DNA of 64,000 bases. It comes from Candidatus Krumholzibacteriia bacterium (GTDB lineage Bacteria > Krumholzibacteriota > Krumholzibacteriia > LZORAL124-64-63). The position numbers were made by a program, and so were the translations under genes. The notes under the pieces are model-generated. The model was not told the origin of the DNA and made no database searches. It worked only from the letters and a program-made list of their open reading frames with translations. Positions 27,254 through 37,968 of the stretch are shown piece by piece. The stretch is taken from contig JAYRFB010000201.1 of NCBI GenBank assembly GCA_041908585.1, forward strand, positions 3,694 to 67,693, written 5' to 3'. How positions within the stretch are numbered: the first letter of the stretch is position 1; every line of letters begins with the position of its first letter.

Positions 27254-28215
27254 CCTCCGGTCGGTGTGTCAGCCGTATCGCTTGCGGTCCAGGGGACCGC
27301 GGGAACATCCAGGATGTAGGCGCCGGCACCCGCGCCCTCGACCACCAGCAGGCCGCGCAGCGGACCCACGCGCCCGTCGGCCGGCAGCAGGCGCAGCGAC
27401 AGCGTGGCGCCGGCGCCGTCGTGCAGCAGGTCGGCGAGCTCGCCGCAGTCCAGCGCGGGCACGAAGACGAGGCGGCCGGCGCCGCCGTCCGCGCGCGCGA
27501 TCCGCGCCGTGTCCCCGGCCAGGTCCACCGTCACCAGGCCCACCGGCAACGGTCGCGGCAGCCGGGCGCGCAGGCCCTCAAGCCGGCCCGCGGGCGCCGC
27601 CGGCGGTGCCGCGTCCGCGACCGTGACCGCGACCGCCAGCGTATCGCGTCCCGGCACGCAGCTGTCGCGGCAGGCCAGCCACTCCCAGCTTGCCGCCAGC
27701 TCGAACCGGCCAGGCCTGGCGTCCGGCGGCACCTGCACGTCCTGGAGCAGCACCAATTCACCCACATGGACGTGGTCGAGGATGTCGCCGGCGGACACGT
27801 GCCGCGCCGGCGCCGGCCACAGCAGGGGCCCCGCGGTCCAGCCCGGCGGCAGCTCCAGCCGCTGCCTCGGCGCGAACCCCGAGTCGTTGCGCACGTTCCC
27901 GTACAGGTGCCAGCCGTCAGCGGTGCGGAAGGTCCACAGGAGCGTCAGCGAGCCGCCGGGAACGGCTGTCGTCGGCTCGGCCGACGCGGCCATCACGACC
28001 AGGGGCGCGGCCGGCTGTGCCTTGTCCGCGCCGGGCGCCGGTCCCGATCCCCCCGGGCGCGCCGCAGAGCCGTCCCCCGGCGAACGAGAACAGCCGCCGG
28101 TGAGGGACAGGACGATGACCAGGGCAAGGCCCGGGACGGAAGTCGAGCGCTGGGGACTGCTGAGGCGCGCCAGGAGCATGGGGGCCACGATACCCGTGGC
28201 CCCCGGGGGTCGCAA
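27250..28215 (-). CDS. Lipoprotein with a DsbD-alpha-like (DsbD N-terminal / DsbC corrector, PF11412-like) domain.
   Basis: Lipobox LSLTGGCS. GWHLYGNVRNDSGFAPRQRLELPPGWTAGPLLWPAPAR resembles the GWHxYWxNPGDSGxPT...LPxGW signature. A Cys pair ACRDSC is present. The stop overlaps the redoxin start by 4 nt. Confidence 0.55.
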
Positions 28216-28261
28216 CCGGGTGGCTGGCGCCGGGTCCGCGAGCGGGCCCGGCGCCCCCGCG

Positions 28262-31012
28262 CTACGAGCGCGCCGACCCGATGACCTCGATCTCGCCGAG
28301 ATCGAGCGCGCGCAGGTCGTCGCGGATCGCGTTCCAGTCGCCGACGATGACCCAGACGACGCGCGACGGGTCCACCTGGCGTTCGATGACGCCGGCCAGG
28401 TCGGCCTCGGACAGGCCCTCGACGCGGCCGCGATACGCCTGCCACTCGCCGGGAGACAGCCCCGACAGCAGCAGGTCGGCCAGCTGGCGCGCGGTGCCGC
28501 CGTAGGTCTCGAAGCGCTGCGGGAAGCCCTGGACCAAGCGGGCGCGGCTGTCGGCCAGCTCCTGCCCGCCCAGCGGCCGCTCGCCGCGGATCGCCGTCAT
28601 CTCGGCCAGGAGCTCGCGCACCGAGGCGGCCGTGGCGTCGGTCTGGACGGGCGCCGTCATCAGGAAGAAGCCGCCGAGCCTGAAGGACGAGACCTGCGAG
28701 CGCACGCCGTAGGTGTAGCCCTTGTCCTCGCGCAGGTTCAGGTTGATGCGCGAGGCGAACTGGCCGCCGAAGGCTGAATTCACGACCTCGAGGGCCGTGT
28801 GGTCCGCGTCGCCGCGCGCCAGGCCCATGTAGCCGCCGAACAGCTGGCTCTGCTGCGCGCCCGGGCGGTCGATGACCACCAGGCGCGGCCCCGAGTAGTC
28901 GGTTGCCGGCAGCGGTTGGCGCGCCGGCAACGGCGCGTCCCGCCAGCCGCCGAACACGCGCCCCACCGCGGCGGTCGCCTCCGCCAGGTCCAGGTCGCCG
29001 ACGACGACGACGGCCGCGTTGCGCGGGACGAACCAGGTGCCGTGGAAGGAGCGCAGGTCCGCCCGCGTCAGGGCCTCCAGGGCCTCGGGCGTGCCGACGC
29101 CCGACGCCGGCTGCGCGTACGGGTGGTCCGGCCCGAAGCACCGGCGCTGGAACTCGTTGAGGCCCTGCGCCTGCGGCTGCGCGGCCTCCTGCTTCTGGCG
29201 GCCGCGGTAACTCTGGCGCAGGCGCTCGAACTCCGACTCGGGGAAGGTGGGCCGGAGCGCGACATCGCCCAGGAGGGCCAGCCCGGCGTCGAGCTGGCCG
29301 CGCAGCACGTTGAGCGAGACCTGCGTGCCGTCGAAATTGCTGCTCGTCCGCAGCTCGGCGCCCAGCGACTCGACGGCCTCGGACAGGGCCAGGGCATCGC
29401 GGCTGCCGGCGCCCTCGTCCAGCATGTCGGCGGTCAGGGCCGCGGTCCCGCGGCGGTCCAGCGGGTCGTCGGCCCAGCCGGCGCGGACCGCCAGGCGCAC
29501 CTCGACCAGCGGCAGCTCGCGCTTCTCAACCAGGTACAGCTGCAGGCCGTTGGGCAGCGTGGCTTCCTGCACCTTCGGCGGCGTGAAATCGACGGTGCCG
29601 CTGCCGGCCGGCAACGACGTGCGGTCGCCGACGGCTGCGGCGGCCGCCAGCTTGCCCTGCGGCACGATCCAGAGCACGGCGCGACGGGCGGGATCGATGA
29701 ACTTCCGCATCCACGCGTTGACCGAGGCCGCGTCGGCGGCGTCGTAGCGCGCCAGGTCGGCCTTCAGGAAGCCCGGGTCGCCCACCAGCACGTTGTAGCG
29801 GTTCAGGCGGTCGGCCTTGCCGCCGAAGCCGCCCACCTGCTGCAGCTCGCGCACGGCCGAGGCGCGCAGGCGCGTGCGGGCCAGGTCGACCTCGCCCCTG
29901 GTGACGCCCTTGGCCAGCAGCAGCGCCAGCTCGGCGTCGATGGCGGCTTCCAGCTCGGCCAGGTCGTGGCCGGGCGCGGCCGTGGCAGTCAGGCTGAACG
30001 TGCCGCTCATCTCGCGCGACGACTGCGAGGCGAAGATGTCCTGGGCGATCCGCTTCTCGTAGACCAGGGTCTTGTACAGGCGGGAGGTCTTGCCCGAGGC
30101 AACGATCTCGGCCAGCAGGTCGTACTCGGCGTCGCCCTCCTGGTACCAGCCCGGCGAGTGCCACTGCATGTAGAGGCGCGGCAGCTCGACGGCGTCCTCG
30201 GCCACGGCGCGGCGCTCGCCCTCCAGGCGGGGGATCCACTTCTCCAGGCGGTCGACGGGCCGGCCCGGCGGCACGGGACCGAAGTACTTCGCGATCCACT
30301 CCTTCGCCTGCGCGGGGTCGAAGTCGCCGGCCACGCACAGCGAGGCGTTGTTGGGCGCGTAGTAGAGGCGGAAGAACTCGGACACGTCCTCCAGCGAGGC
30401 GGCCGAGAGGTCATCCATGCTGCCGATGACGGGCCAGCGGTAGGGATGGCCCACGTCGTACATCAGCTCGAGCAGCAGGTCGCGGCTTTTCGCATAGGGC
30501 CGGTTCTCGCCCTGGCGCTTCTCGTTCTTCACGACGTCGCGCTGGTTGTCGAGCTTCTCCTGCGTCATCGCCGGCAACAGCCAGCCCATGCGGTCCGCCT
30601 CCATGAACAGCGCGAGCTCGAGCTGGTCGGCGGGCACGTTCTCCCAGTAGTTGGTGCGGTCGTTGTTGGTCGACCCGTTGACCTGGCCGCCCACCTTCTG
30701 CAGGGGCAGGAAGTAGTCGCTGTCATGGTTCTGCGAGCCCTGGAACATCATGTGCTCGAACAGGTGCGCGAACCCGGTGCGGCCCGGCTTCTCGTCCTTG
30801 GAACCGACGTGATACCAGACGTTGACCGCGACGGTGGGCAGGGAATGGTCCTGGTGGAGGATCACCTCCAGGCCGTTGTCCAGCGTGTACTTCTCGTAGG
30901 CCAGTTCCGGCAGTTCGATGGCGGGGGCGGCGGCGGCCAGGGCGGCCGGGACGGAGGCCGCGGCGAGCAGGGCCGCCGACAGCAGGGGGACAAGGAGACG
31001 ACGGGAATTCAC
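28262..31012 (-). CDS. Secreted M16-family zinc metallopeptidase, two-repeat pitrilysin/PqqL-like.
   Basis: Signal peptide, then the inverted zinc motif HLFEHMMFQG (HxxEH). 916 aa with duplicated M16 halves. Confidence 0.9.
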   Translation of the reverse strand: MNSRRLLVPLLSAALLAAASVPAALAAAAPAIELPELAYEKYTLDNGLEVILHQDHSLPTVAVNVWYHVGSKDEKPGRTGFAHLFEHMMFQGSQNHDSDYFLPLQKVGGQVNGSTNNDRTNYWENVPADQLELALFMEADRMGWLLPAMTQEKLDNQRDVVKNEKRQGENRPYAKSRDLLLELMYDVGHPYRWPVIGSMDDLSAASLEDVSEFFRLYYAPNNASLCVAGDFDPAQAKEWIAKYFGPVPPGRPVDRLEKWIPRLEGERRAVAEDAVELPRLYMQWHSPGWYQEGDAEYDLLAEIVASGKTSRLYKTLVYEKRIAQDIFASQSSREMSGTFSLTATAAPGHDLAELEAAIDAELALLLAKGVTRGEVDLARTRLRASAVRELQQVGGFGGKADRLNRYNVLVGDPGFLKADLARYDAADAASVNAWMRKFIDPARRAVLWIVPQGKLAAAAAVGDRTSLPAGSGTVDFTPPKVQEATLPNGLQLYLVEKRELPLVEVRLAVRAGWADDPLDRRGTAALTADMLDEGAGSRDALALSEAVESLGAELRTSSNFDGTQVSLNVLRGQLDAGLALLGDVALRPTFPESEFERLRQSYRGRQKQEAAQPQAQGLNEFQRRCFGPDHPYAQPASGVGTPEALEALTRADLRSFHGTWFVPRNAAVVVVGDLDLAEATAAVGRVFGGWRDAPLPARQPLPATDYSGPRLVVIDRPGAQQSQLFGGYMGLARGDADHTALEVVNSAFGGQFASRINLNLREDKGYTYGVRSQVSSFRLGGFFLMTAPVQTDATAASVRELLAEMTAIRGERPLGGQELADSRARLVQGFPQRFETYGGTARQLADLLLSGLSPGEWQAYRGRVEGLSEADLAGVIERQVDPSRVVWVIVGDWNAIRDDLRALDLGEIEVIGSARS

Positions 31013-31219
31013 GGCTCGATCCCTTCGCGATGGCGGGAGGCGTGGTCGGTGGCCGCGCGGGCCGGCTGGCGGCGCGCGGGCGGGGGCCCAACCGGGAGGT
31101 ACGGACCGGACCCGGGTCCGGTTTCAGGTTAAGGGACCACGGACCGGCGCGCAACGTCACTCCCCTCCGGCGCAGCGATTTCGGGTGCGCGGGCCGGGCG
31201 GCGATGGTACGATCGCAAG

Positions 31220-31768
31220 ATGGTGCGCTACACGCTCCTGCGAACGGCGCTGGACCCGCTGCTGGCGGTGGCGGGGCCCGCCGGCCTGTCCCGGCTGGAG
31301 TTCCTGCCGCGCGCCTGGGAATACCATACGCTCGCCTACGCAACGGCCCGGCAGCAGTTCGGCCCAGAGGTCGCGGTGAAGGAGGACGCTGCCGCATTCG
31401 CGACGCTGCGCGACGAGCTGGCCGAGTACTTCGTGGGCGGGCGGCGCGACTTCACGGTCCCGCTGGATCTCCACGGCACCGAGTTCGACCGCCGAGTCTG
31501 GCAGCAGCTGCTGCGCATCCCCTACGGGAAGCTCAGGACCTACGGCGAGGTGGCGCGCGCCCTGCGCAAGCCGACGGCAACGCGCGCCGTCGGCCAGGCC
31601 GCCGGACGCAATCCGCTGCCGATCCTGGTCCCCTGCCACCGCGTGATCGGGCGCGGCGGCTCGCTGGTCGGGTTTGCCGGCGGCATCGACACCAAGGCGC
31701 GCCTGCTGCGGCTGGAAGGCCACACGCTGGGCGACTCACCCCGCCTCGAGGAGCCGCGGCTGTTTTGA
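31220..31768 (+). CDS. ogt: Methylated-DNA-protein-cysteine S-methyltransferase.
   Basis: Active-site PCHRVIG, a helix-turn-helix YGEVARAL, and 182 aa. Confidence 0.9.
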   Translation: MVRYTLLRTALDPLLAVAGPAGLSRLEFLPRAWEYHTLAYATARQQFGPEVAVKEDAAAFATLRDELAEYFVGGRRDFTVPLDLHGTEFDRRVWQQLLRIPYGKLRTYGEVARALRKPTATRAVGQAAGRNPLPILVPCHRVIGRGGSLVGFAGGIDTKARLLRLEGHTLGDSPRLEEPRLF

Positions 31769-33834
31769 CCTCCCTCGACTGGTTCCTCGTCGCCGCGATG
31801 TACGCGGTCATCATGGGCTCCCTGCTGCTGACGCGTCACCACATGCGCGGGGTGGCCGACTACCTGGCGGCCGGCCGCAGCGCCGGGCGCTACCTGCTGA
31901 CGGTGTCGGCGGGCATCGCCGCGATCGGCGGCATAACCATCGTCGCCAACCTGGAGATGGGGTACGAGGCCGGCTTCGCCATGGGCTGGTGGGGCCTGAG
32001 CATGTCGCTGTTCATGACGATCGTGACGGTGACCGGCTGGGTGAACTACCGCTTCCGGCGCACGCGCGCGCTGACGCTGTCGGAGTTCTTCGAGAGGCGG
32101 TACAGCCGCCGCTTCCGCATCTTCGCGGGCAGCGTGGCCTTCGGCGCCGGCCTGATCAACTTCGGCATCTTCCCGGCCGTCGAGGCGCGGTTCTTCATCC
32201 ACTACCTGGGCCTGCCGGAGACCTGGCACCTGGGGCCGCTCGCGATCCCGATGTACCCGTTCATCATGTTCATCACGCTGGGCTCGGCGGTCTGGTTCAT
32301 CCTGCAGGGCGGCCACGTCGCCGTGCTGGTGACCGACTTCGTGCAGGGCGTTTTCGCCTATGTCGCGTTCCTGGTGCTGGCGGCCTGGCTGATGGTCAAG
32401 GTGGGCTGGGACGACGTGGCGACGGTCATGATGCAGGCGCCGCCGGGGCTGTCCAAGATCAACCCCTTCGACACGGGCTACGTGGCGGACTTCAACGTCA
32501 CCTACTTCCTGATCGGCGTGCTGGGCCTGTTCTACGGGGCGATGTCCTGGCAGGGCACGCAGGCCTACAACACCTCGGCGCGCTCGGCCCACGAGGGGAA
32601 GATGGGCAACGTGCTGGGGCTTTGGCGCGGCATCGGGCAGGGCATGTTCATGACCTTCGTGCCCATCCTCATCTACACCGTGCTGCACCACCCCGAATGG
32701 GCCGGCCTGCGTGACGGCGTGCAGGCGCAGCTGGACGGCATCGGCAACGAGGCGCTGCGGGCGCAGATGCGTGGACCTCTGACCCTGGCGGCGCTGCTGC
32801 CGCCCGGCCTGCTGGGTGCGTTCGCGGCGCTGATGCTGGGCGCCTCGATCAGCACGTTGAACACCTACATGCACTCGTGGAGCAGCATCTTCGTGCAGGA
32901 CGTGCTGCTGCCGGTACGGAAGCGGCCGCTGTCGCCGGCCGCGCACCTGCTCACGCTGCGCGTGGCGGTCGTCGGCGTGGCCATCTTCGCCTTCGTGTTC
33001 AGCCTGCTGTACCGGCAGAGCCAGGCGATCCTGCTGTTCTTCGCGCTGACCGGCGCCATCTTCGCCGGCTGGTCCGGCGCGGTGATCATCGGCGGGCTCT
33101 ACACGCGCTGGGGCACCACCGCCGGCGCCTGGGCCGCGGGCATCGCCGGCGTGACGCTGACGATGACCGGGTTCGTGCTGGAGCAGGCCAAGCGCTCGTG
33201 GCACGAGACGGGCGCCGCGTTCTGGGGCCTGCTCGACTTCGCCGGCCACGCGAAGGCCGCAGCCTGGGCCGGCTGGGTCGACTCACACTTGCCCAACGGG
33301 CAGCAGGTCTGGGGCTGGTCGATGTGGGTCTGCGGGCTGACCTACGTGGGGGTGTCGCTCGCGCAGCAGGCGGTGCGCCGCCGCACGTTCGACCTGGACC
33401 GCCTGCTGCACCGCGGCCGCTGGGCGATCGCCGGCGAGGACGAAGGCACCGGGCAGGTCGTCTCCCGCGGCTGGCGCGCCCTGGGCATCACCGACGAGTT
33501 CGGGCGCCGCGACAAGTACCTGTACGTGATGACCTGGGCCTGGAACATCGCCTGGATGCTGGTCTTCGCCGTGGGGACGATCTTCTTCCTGTCGCGGCGC
33601 CTGACCGCCGGCGGCTGGTCCGGCTACGACACGCAGTGGCTGCGCTTCTGGCACACGCGGTTCTGGATCGAGCTGGTGATCTCGGGGCTGGTGATGATCT
33701 GGTTCACCATCGGCGGCACGCGCGACGTGCGGCGGATGCTGCGCGACCTGCGCGATCGCCGGCGCGACGACGGCGACGACGGGTTCGTGCGCGAGTCCGG
33801 CCCGGACGGCCGCGGAGCCGGCGGCGACGGCTGA
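31765..33834 (+). CDS. Sodium:solute symporter family (SSF) transporter.
   Basis: The TTG at 31765 overlaps the ogt stop, giving LTSLDWFLVAAMYAVIMG... About 13 TM helices with the SSF-like pattern. The C-terminal cytoplasmic tail is rich in R/D. Confidence 0.8.
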   Translation: MTSLDWFLVAAMYAVIMGSLLLTRHHMRGVADYLAAGRSAGRYLLTVSAGIAAIGGITIVANLEMGYEAGFAMGWWGLSMSLFMTIVTVTGWVNYRFRRTRALTLSEFFERRYSRRFRIFAGSVAFGAGLINFGIFPAVEARFFIHYLGLPETWHLGPLAIPMYPFIMFITLGSAVWFILQGGHVAVLVTDFVQGVFAYVAFLVLAAWLMVKVGWDDVATVMMQAPPGLSKINPFDTGYVADFNVTYFLIGVLGLFYGAMSWQGTQAYNTSARSAHEGKMGNVLGLWRGIGQGMFMTFVPILIYTVLHHPEWAGLRDGVQAQLDGIGNEALRAQMRGPLTLAALLPPGLLGAFAALMLGASISTLNTYMHSWSSIFVQDVLLPVRKRPLSPAAHLLTLRVAVVGVAIFAFVFSLLYRQSQAILLFFALTGAIFAGWSGAVIIGGLYTRWGTTAGAWAAGIAGVTLTMTGFVLEQAKRSWHETGAAFWGLLDFAGHAKAAAWAGWVDSHLPNGQQVWGWSMWVCGLTYVGVSLAQQAVRRRTFDLDRLLHRGRWAIAGEDEGTGQVVSRGWRALGITDEFGRRDKYLYVMTWAWNIAWMLVFAVGTIFFLSRRLTAGGWSGYDTQWLRFWHTRFWIELVISGLVMIWFTIGGTRDVRRMLRDLRDRRRDDGDDGFVRESGPDGRGAGGDG

Positions 33835-33863
33835 CGGCTGCGATCGCGCCTGCGGGAGGTTGC

Positions 33864-34322
33864 GTGCTCCACATCTACGTCGATGCCGACGCCTGCCCCG
33901 TCAAGAACGAGGTCGACCGCGTCGCGGCGCGCTACGGGCTCGAGGTCACCTTCGTCGCCAACAGCTACATGCGGGTGCCGGGCGCGGACCCGCGGCGACT
34001 GGTCGTGGTCGACAAGGGTCCTGACGGGGCCGACGACTGGATCGTCGAGCAGGCCGGCGTCGACGACATCGTCATTACGGCCGACATCCCCCTGGCCGCC
34101 CGCTGCCTAGACAAGGGCGCCCGCGTCCTGGGCCACGGCGGCCGGCCGTTCACGCCCGAGAACGTGGGTGACGCCCTGGCCAACCGCCAGCTGCTCAAGC
34201 AGTTGCGTGAGCAGGGCCTCATGCTGGGCGGGCCGCCGCCCTTCGCCGCGAAGGACCGCTCGCTGTTCCTCCAGCAGCTCGACCAGATGATCGGGGCCAT
34301 CCGCCGCGGCGCCCCCCGCTGA
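33864..34322 (+). CDS. YaiI/YqgE family (UPF0178) protein.
   Basis: GTG start after a GGGAGG RBS. MLHIYVDADACPVKNEV... is characteristic of UPF0178. Confidence 0.7.
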   Translation: MLHIYVDADACPVKNEVDRVAARYGLEVTFVANSYMRVPGADPRRLVVVDKGPDGADDWIVEQAGVDDIVITADIPLAARCLDKGARVLGHGGRPFTPENVGDALANRQLLKQLREQGLMLGGPPPFAAKDRSLFLQQLDQMIGAIRRGAPR

Positions 34323-34398
34323 AGCCGCACCGCAACCTAAAGCGACCCTGCCCGGGCGCCGATCCCCTGACGGGCTCGTACACGGGGAGGGTTCCCGG

Positions 34399-36030
34399 AT
34401 GATCCGCATTCCAGCTTTCGTGGCGATGGCATGGCTCCTGGCCGCCTGGCAGCCGGCCATGGCCGAGACGCCCGTCTGGCCCGGCGGGCACGACCCGGCC
34501 GGGCACCGGCCCGGCGCCAGGCGCGGGGACGCGGCACCCGCGGCGCACGGGCACGATGAAGCGACGGCGGCCGCGGCAGGGCACGCGGTGGACGTACATG
34601 ATGCCGGGCACGGGGCGAGCGGGCACGCCGAACCGGCGCATGCCGAACCGGCGCACGCCGGGGATGCTCACGCGACCGGCGGGCACGCTGCGCCCGCGCA
34701 GGCGCCGGCCGCACATGCAGCGCCGGTGCATGGGGCCCCCGCGCACGCGGCTCCGGCACACGGGGCGCCCACCCACTCGGCTCCGGCGCACGGCCACGCC
34801 GAAGGCGTCGCAGCCGACGACGCGCTGGGCCGCCTGCTCGAGGGCAACGCGCGCTTCGTGACGTCCGGCGCCGGTCATCCGCGCCAGGATGCCGAACGGC
34901 GGGAGCTGCTGGCCGGCGGGCAGGCCCCGTTCGCCATCATCGTCAGCTGCTCGGATTCGCGCGTCCCGCCCGAGGTGGTCTTCGACCAGGGCCTGGGCGA
35001 CCTGTTCGTCATCCGCGTGGCGGGCAACGTCGTCGATGACCTGGAGCTGGCGAGCATCGAGTACGCCGCCGAGCACCTGGGCACGAAGCTGGTGATGATC
35101 CTGGGCCACGAGCGCTGCGGGGCCGTGACGGCGGCGGTGCAGGGCGGGCACCTGCCCGGCCACCTGCCGGCGCTGATGGAGGCGCTGCGGCCGGCGGTCG
35201 ACGCGCGGCGCGAGGCGCACGGCGATCCGGTCGAGGGCGCCATGCTGGCCAACGTCGAGCTGACGGCCGCCCGCGTGCGCGGGAGCGAGCCGATCCTGGC
35301 CGGGCTGGCAGCCGCCGGCGAGCTGAAGGTGGTCGGCGCGCGCTACGACCTGGACACGGGCGTGGTCGAGGTGATCGACCCGGCGCCGCGCCACGCGGGC
35401 CTGGATGCGCACGAGGCGCTCGCGCTGCTGGCCGAAGGCAACCGCCGCTTCGTCGCGGCCGACCCGGCGCATCCTCACCAGGGCGAGGCGCACCGCGTCC
35501 GCCTGGCTTCGGGCCAGGCGCCGCTGGCGATCGTGTTGTGCTGCGCCGATTCGCGCGTGCCGCCGGAGATCCTGTTCGACCAGGGCCTCGGCGACCTGTT
35601 CGTGGTGCGGGTGGCCGGCAACGTCGCCGACGACCGGCACGTCGCCTCGATCGAGTACGCGGCCGAGCACCTCGGCACCCGGCTGATCGTGGTGCTCGGG
35701 CACGAGCGCTGCGGCGCGGTCACCGCCGCGGTCAAGGGCGGGCAGCTGCCCGGCCACCTGCCGGCGCTGATGGACGCGCTCAGGCCTGCCGTCGCCGCCG
35801 CGCGGCCGGTGCGCGGCGACCTGGTCGAGGGCGCGATCATCGCCAACGTCGAGCTGACGGCGGAGCAGCTGCGCGCGAGCCGGCCGATCCTGGCGGAGCT
35901 CGTCGACAGGGGCGAGCTGCTGGTGGTCGGCGCGCGGTACGACCTGGACACGGGGCTGGTCGAGTTCCTGGACGAGCCGGCTGCAGCGCCGCTGCACGCG
36001 TCGCGGAGCGGCGGGCACGGCGCGCACTGA
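34399..36030 (+). CDS. Secreted tandem beta-class carbonic anhydrase (two fused beta-CA domains) with a His-rich N-terminal low-complexity region.
   Basis: Signal peptide MIRIPAFVAMAWLLAAWQPAMA. HAxP/PAHG-type His-rich repeats are present. Two copies of the beta-CA motif set are present (CSDSRVPPE / CADSRVPPE, HERCGAV twice, GHLPGHLPALM twice). The two halves are about 85% identical at the DNA level by eye. Confidence 0.85.
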   Translation: MIRIPAFVAMAWLLAAWQPAMAETPVWPGGHDPAGHRPGARRGDAAPAAHGHDEATAAAAGHAVDVHDAGHGASGHAEPAHAEPAHAGDAHATGGHAAPAQAPAAHAAPVHGAPAHAAPAHGAPTHSAPAHGHAEGVAADDALGRLLEGNARFVTSGAGHPRQDAERRELLAGGQAPFAIIVSCSDSRVPPEVVFDQGLGDLFVIRVAGNVVDDLELASIEYAAEHLGTKLVMILGHERCGAVTAAVQGGHLPGHLPALMEALRPAVDARREAHGDPVEGAMLANVELTAARVRGSEPILAGLAAAGELKVVGARYDLDTGVVEVIDPAPRHAGLDAHEALALLAEGNRRFVAADPAHPHQGEAHRVRLASGQAPLAIVLCCADSRVPPEILFDQGLGDLFVVRVAGNVADDRHVASIEYAAEHLGTRLIVVLGHERCGAVTAAVKGGQLPGHLPALMDALRPAVAAARPVRGDLVEGAIIANVELTAEQLRASRPILAELVDRGELLVVGARYDLDTGLVEFLDEPAAAPLHASRSGGHGAH

Positions 36031-36073
36031 GCTGCCCGCATGCTGCCTCGTTGAATGGATGACAGTTGTGGAT

Positions 36074-36108
36074 GGGCACTTGCGCGGGCGCAAGTGCCCT
36101 TTCTCTTG
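36074..36108 (+). terminator. Rho-independent terminator after the carbonic anhydrase gene.
   Basis: Perfect 12-bp inverted repeat GGGCACTTGCGC-gg-GCGCAAGTGCCC, followed by TTTCTCTTG. Confidence 0.6.
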
Positions 36109-36325
36109 CACGTCACGCTTCCCCCGGCGCGACCACCATACTCGAGGAACTATGTCCGCGTTTGCGGTTATACCGACTTCTGTCCGTGTGATTGCCGGCA
36201 ATGGACCGGACACCTCCAGCCGAAGGGATGGCCCCATGAGACCCCGCTTCCCCACCCGCCGTTCGGGCGTGCCGGTTCCGTCCAGCCTCTCGCGCGGATC
36301 GAGGCTTGCCCGGGCGCGCGCCGCC

Positions 36326-37102
36326 ATGGCGCTGGTCGCTCTCACCTGTTTTGCCTTTTCCACCCAGGCGATGGCCTCGCCGGATGCCGAGACGGCCAGG
36401 GCGACGTCCGTCGGCGCGCCCGTCTACCACACCCGATTCCAGCTCGAGGGCGCAGACGGGATCCGCGAAGTGGCGATCGAGGGCAGGGTCCGCTTCAGCG
36501 CGGACGAGTCGCACATCGAGTGGCTGGATGACGGCGCCTACGTCCGCATCATCACCGGGGACGCCGGCCACCGGAACCGCTTCGACGTGACCGCGGGCGG
36601 GCAGGGGCAGCCCGTCATGCGGATGACGGTCGACGGGCGGGCGCGGACGTTCGACGCGGAGGCGCAGCGCCGGCTGGCCGACACGCTGCCGGTGGTGTTC
36701 AGGGAGCTGGGCCACGACGCGGAGGGACGCGTGCGTCGGATCCGCGCAGAGGGCGGCACGGTCGCCGTCCTGGGGATGATCGCCGGGATCCGTTCCGCGT
36801 ATTCGACGCGCCTGCACTACGAGGCGTACCTGAAGCTCGACGGCCTGACCGACGCCGAGATCAGCGGCGCGCTGGCGCGGCTCGGCGGGGATGTCGGGTC
36901 GGATGGCGAACTGGCGTCGCTCCTGTACGCGGCGGCTGAGCTGTACCGGGACCGCCCGGGCATCAGGGCCGGCTATCTCGCGTGCCTGGCCCGGATCGGT
37001 TCCGATGCCGAACGGATGCGTGTGACCCGCAGCCTTTTCGGGGTCGAGACGATCGGCGCGGGCGAGCAGCCGGAGTTGAGCCTGAAGCCCGGCGACTGCT
37101 GA
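36326..37102 (+). CDS. Hypothetical secreted protein.
   Basis: Signal-like N-terminus MALVALTCFAFSTQAMA with no recognisable domain. A longer upstream start (MRPRFP, about 36236) is possible. Confidence 0.4.
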   Translation: MALVALTCFAFSTQAMASPDAETARATSVGAPVYHTRFQLEGADGIREVAIEGRVRFSADESHIEWLDDGAYVRIITGDAGHRNRFDVTAGGQGQPVMRMTVDGRARTFDAEAQRRLADTLPVVFRELGHDAEGRVRRIRAEGGTVAVLGMIAGIRSAYSTRLHYEAYLKLDGLTDAEISGALARLGGDVGSDGELASLLYAAAELYRDRPGIRAGYLACLARIGSDAERMRVTRSLFGVETIGAGEQPELSLKPGDC

Positions 37103-37207
37103 GTTCGAACGCGGCGGGTCCCGGGGCTCCGGCACGGGCCCGCTTGCCACTTCGTGCCCGCCACACTTGCGCCGTCGCAAGTCGCGCCATCCCCGACCGG
37201 CCCCGCC

Positions 37208-37819
37208 TCAGTCCTTCAGCTTGTCCGCGAACCGGTCGCGCAGCTTCTTCAGCTTCGGGTTGATGACCACCTGGCAGTAGCCCTGCGTGCGGTTGTTGTC
37301 GTAGTAGTCCTGGTGGTAGTCCTCGGCCACGTGGAAGGCGGCGTCGCCGGCCAGCTCGGTGACGATGGGCTTGGGGAAGATGCCCTCGCGCGTCAGTTCG
37401 GCGATCTTCGCCTCCGCCTCGGCGCGCTGCGCGGCGTCGCGGCAGAAGATCACCGAGCGGTACTGCGTGCCGACGTCGGCGCCCTGGCGGTTGAGCGTCG
37501 TGGGGTCGTGCGTCGCGAAGTACACGTTGAGCAGGTCGCCGAAGCCGATCACCGCCGGATCGAAGGTGACCCGCACCACCTCGGCGTGCCCGGTCTCCCC
37601 CGAGCAGACGGCCTTGTAGTCGGCCGGGCCATTGCCGCCGGCGTAGCCGGACTCGACATGGTCCACGCCCTTGAGCCGCTGGAACACGGCCTCCAGGCAC
37701 CAGAAACACCCGCCGCCGAGCACGGCCTGCTGCTTGCCGGTCTGCGCCATGGCCTGCGCACCTCCCAGGGACAACGCCAGCGCGAAGAGCGCGGCGACAA
37801 GAACGCGACGTCCGGACAT
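37208..37819 (-). CDS. msrA: Peptide methionine sulfoxide reductase MsrA with an N-terminal signal peptide.
   Basis: Active site GGGCFWC and the conserved ...YHQDYY... block. Signal peptide [25 protein letters not shown]. Confidence 0.95.
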   Translation of the reverse strand: MSGRRVLVAALFALALSLGGAQAMAQTGKQQAVLGGGCFWCLEAVFQRLKGVDHVESGYAGGNGPADYKAVCSGETGHAEVVRVTFDPAVIGFGDLLNVYFATHDPTTLNRQGADVGTQYRSVIFCRDAAQRAEAEAKIAELTREGIFPKPIVTELAGDAAFHVAEDYHQDYYDNNRTQGYCQVVINPKLKKLRDRFADKLKD

Positions 37820-37968
37820 CGAAGCACCTCCCGGGGCGCCGTACCGGGGCGCCCGGCCCCAAGTTCGCGCCGCCCGTGTTCCCCCGCCAGCTGCCCGGCC
37901 GGACCGCGATGGATCCGGCGGCCGGCCCGGAAGTTGTGATACCCTGTCCGGCGCAGGGAGGTTCCGCC

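Noticed and set aside
34219-36363. 714-aa minus-strand ORF.
   Set aside because: It is antisense to the tandem carbonic anhydrase and YaiI genes and consists of low-complexity Arg/Gly/Ala/Val sequence.
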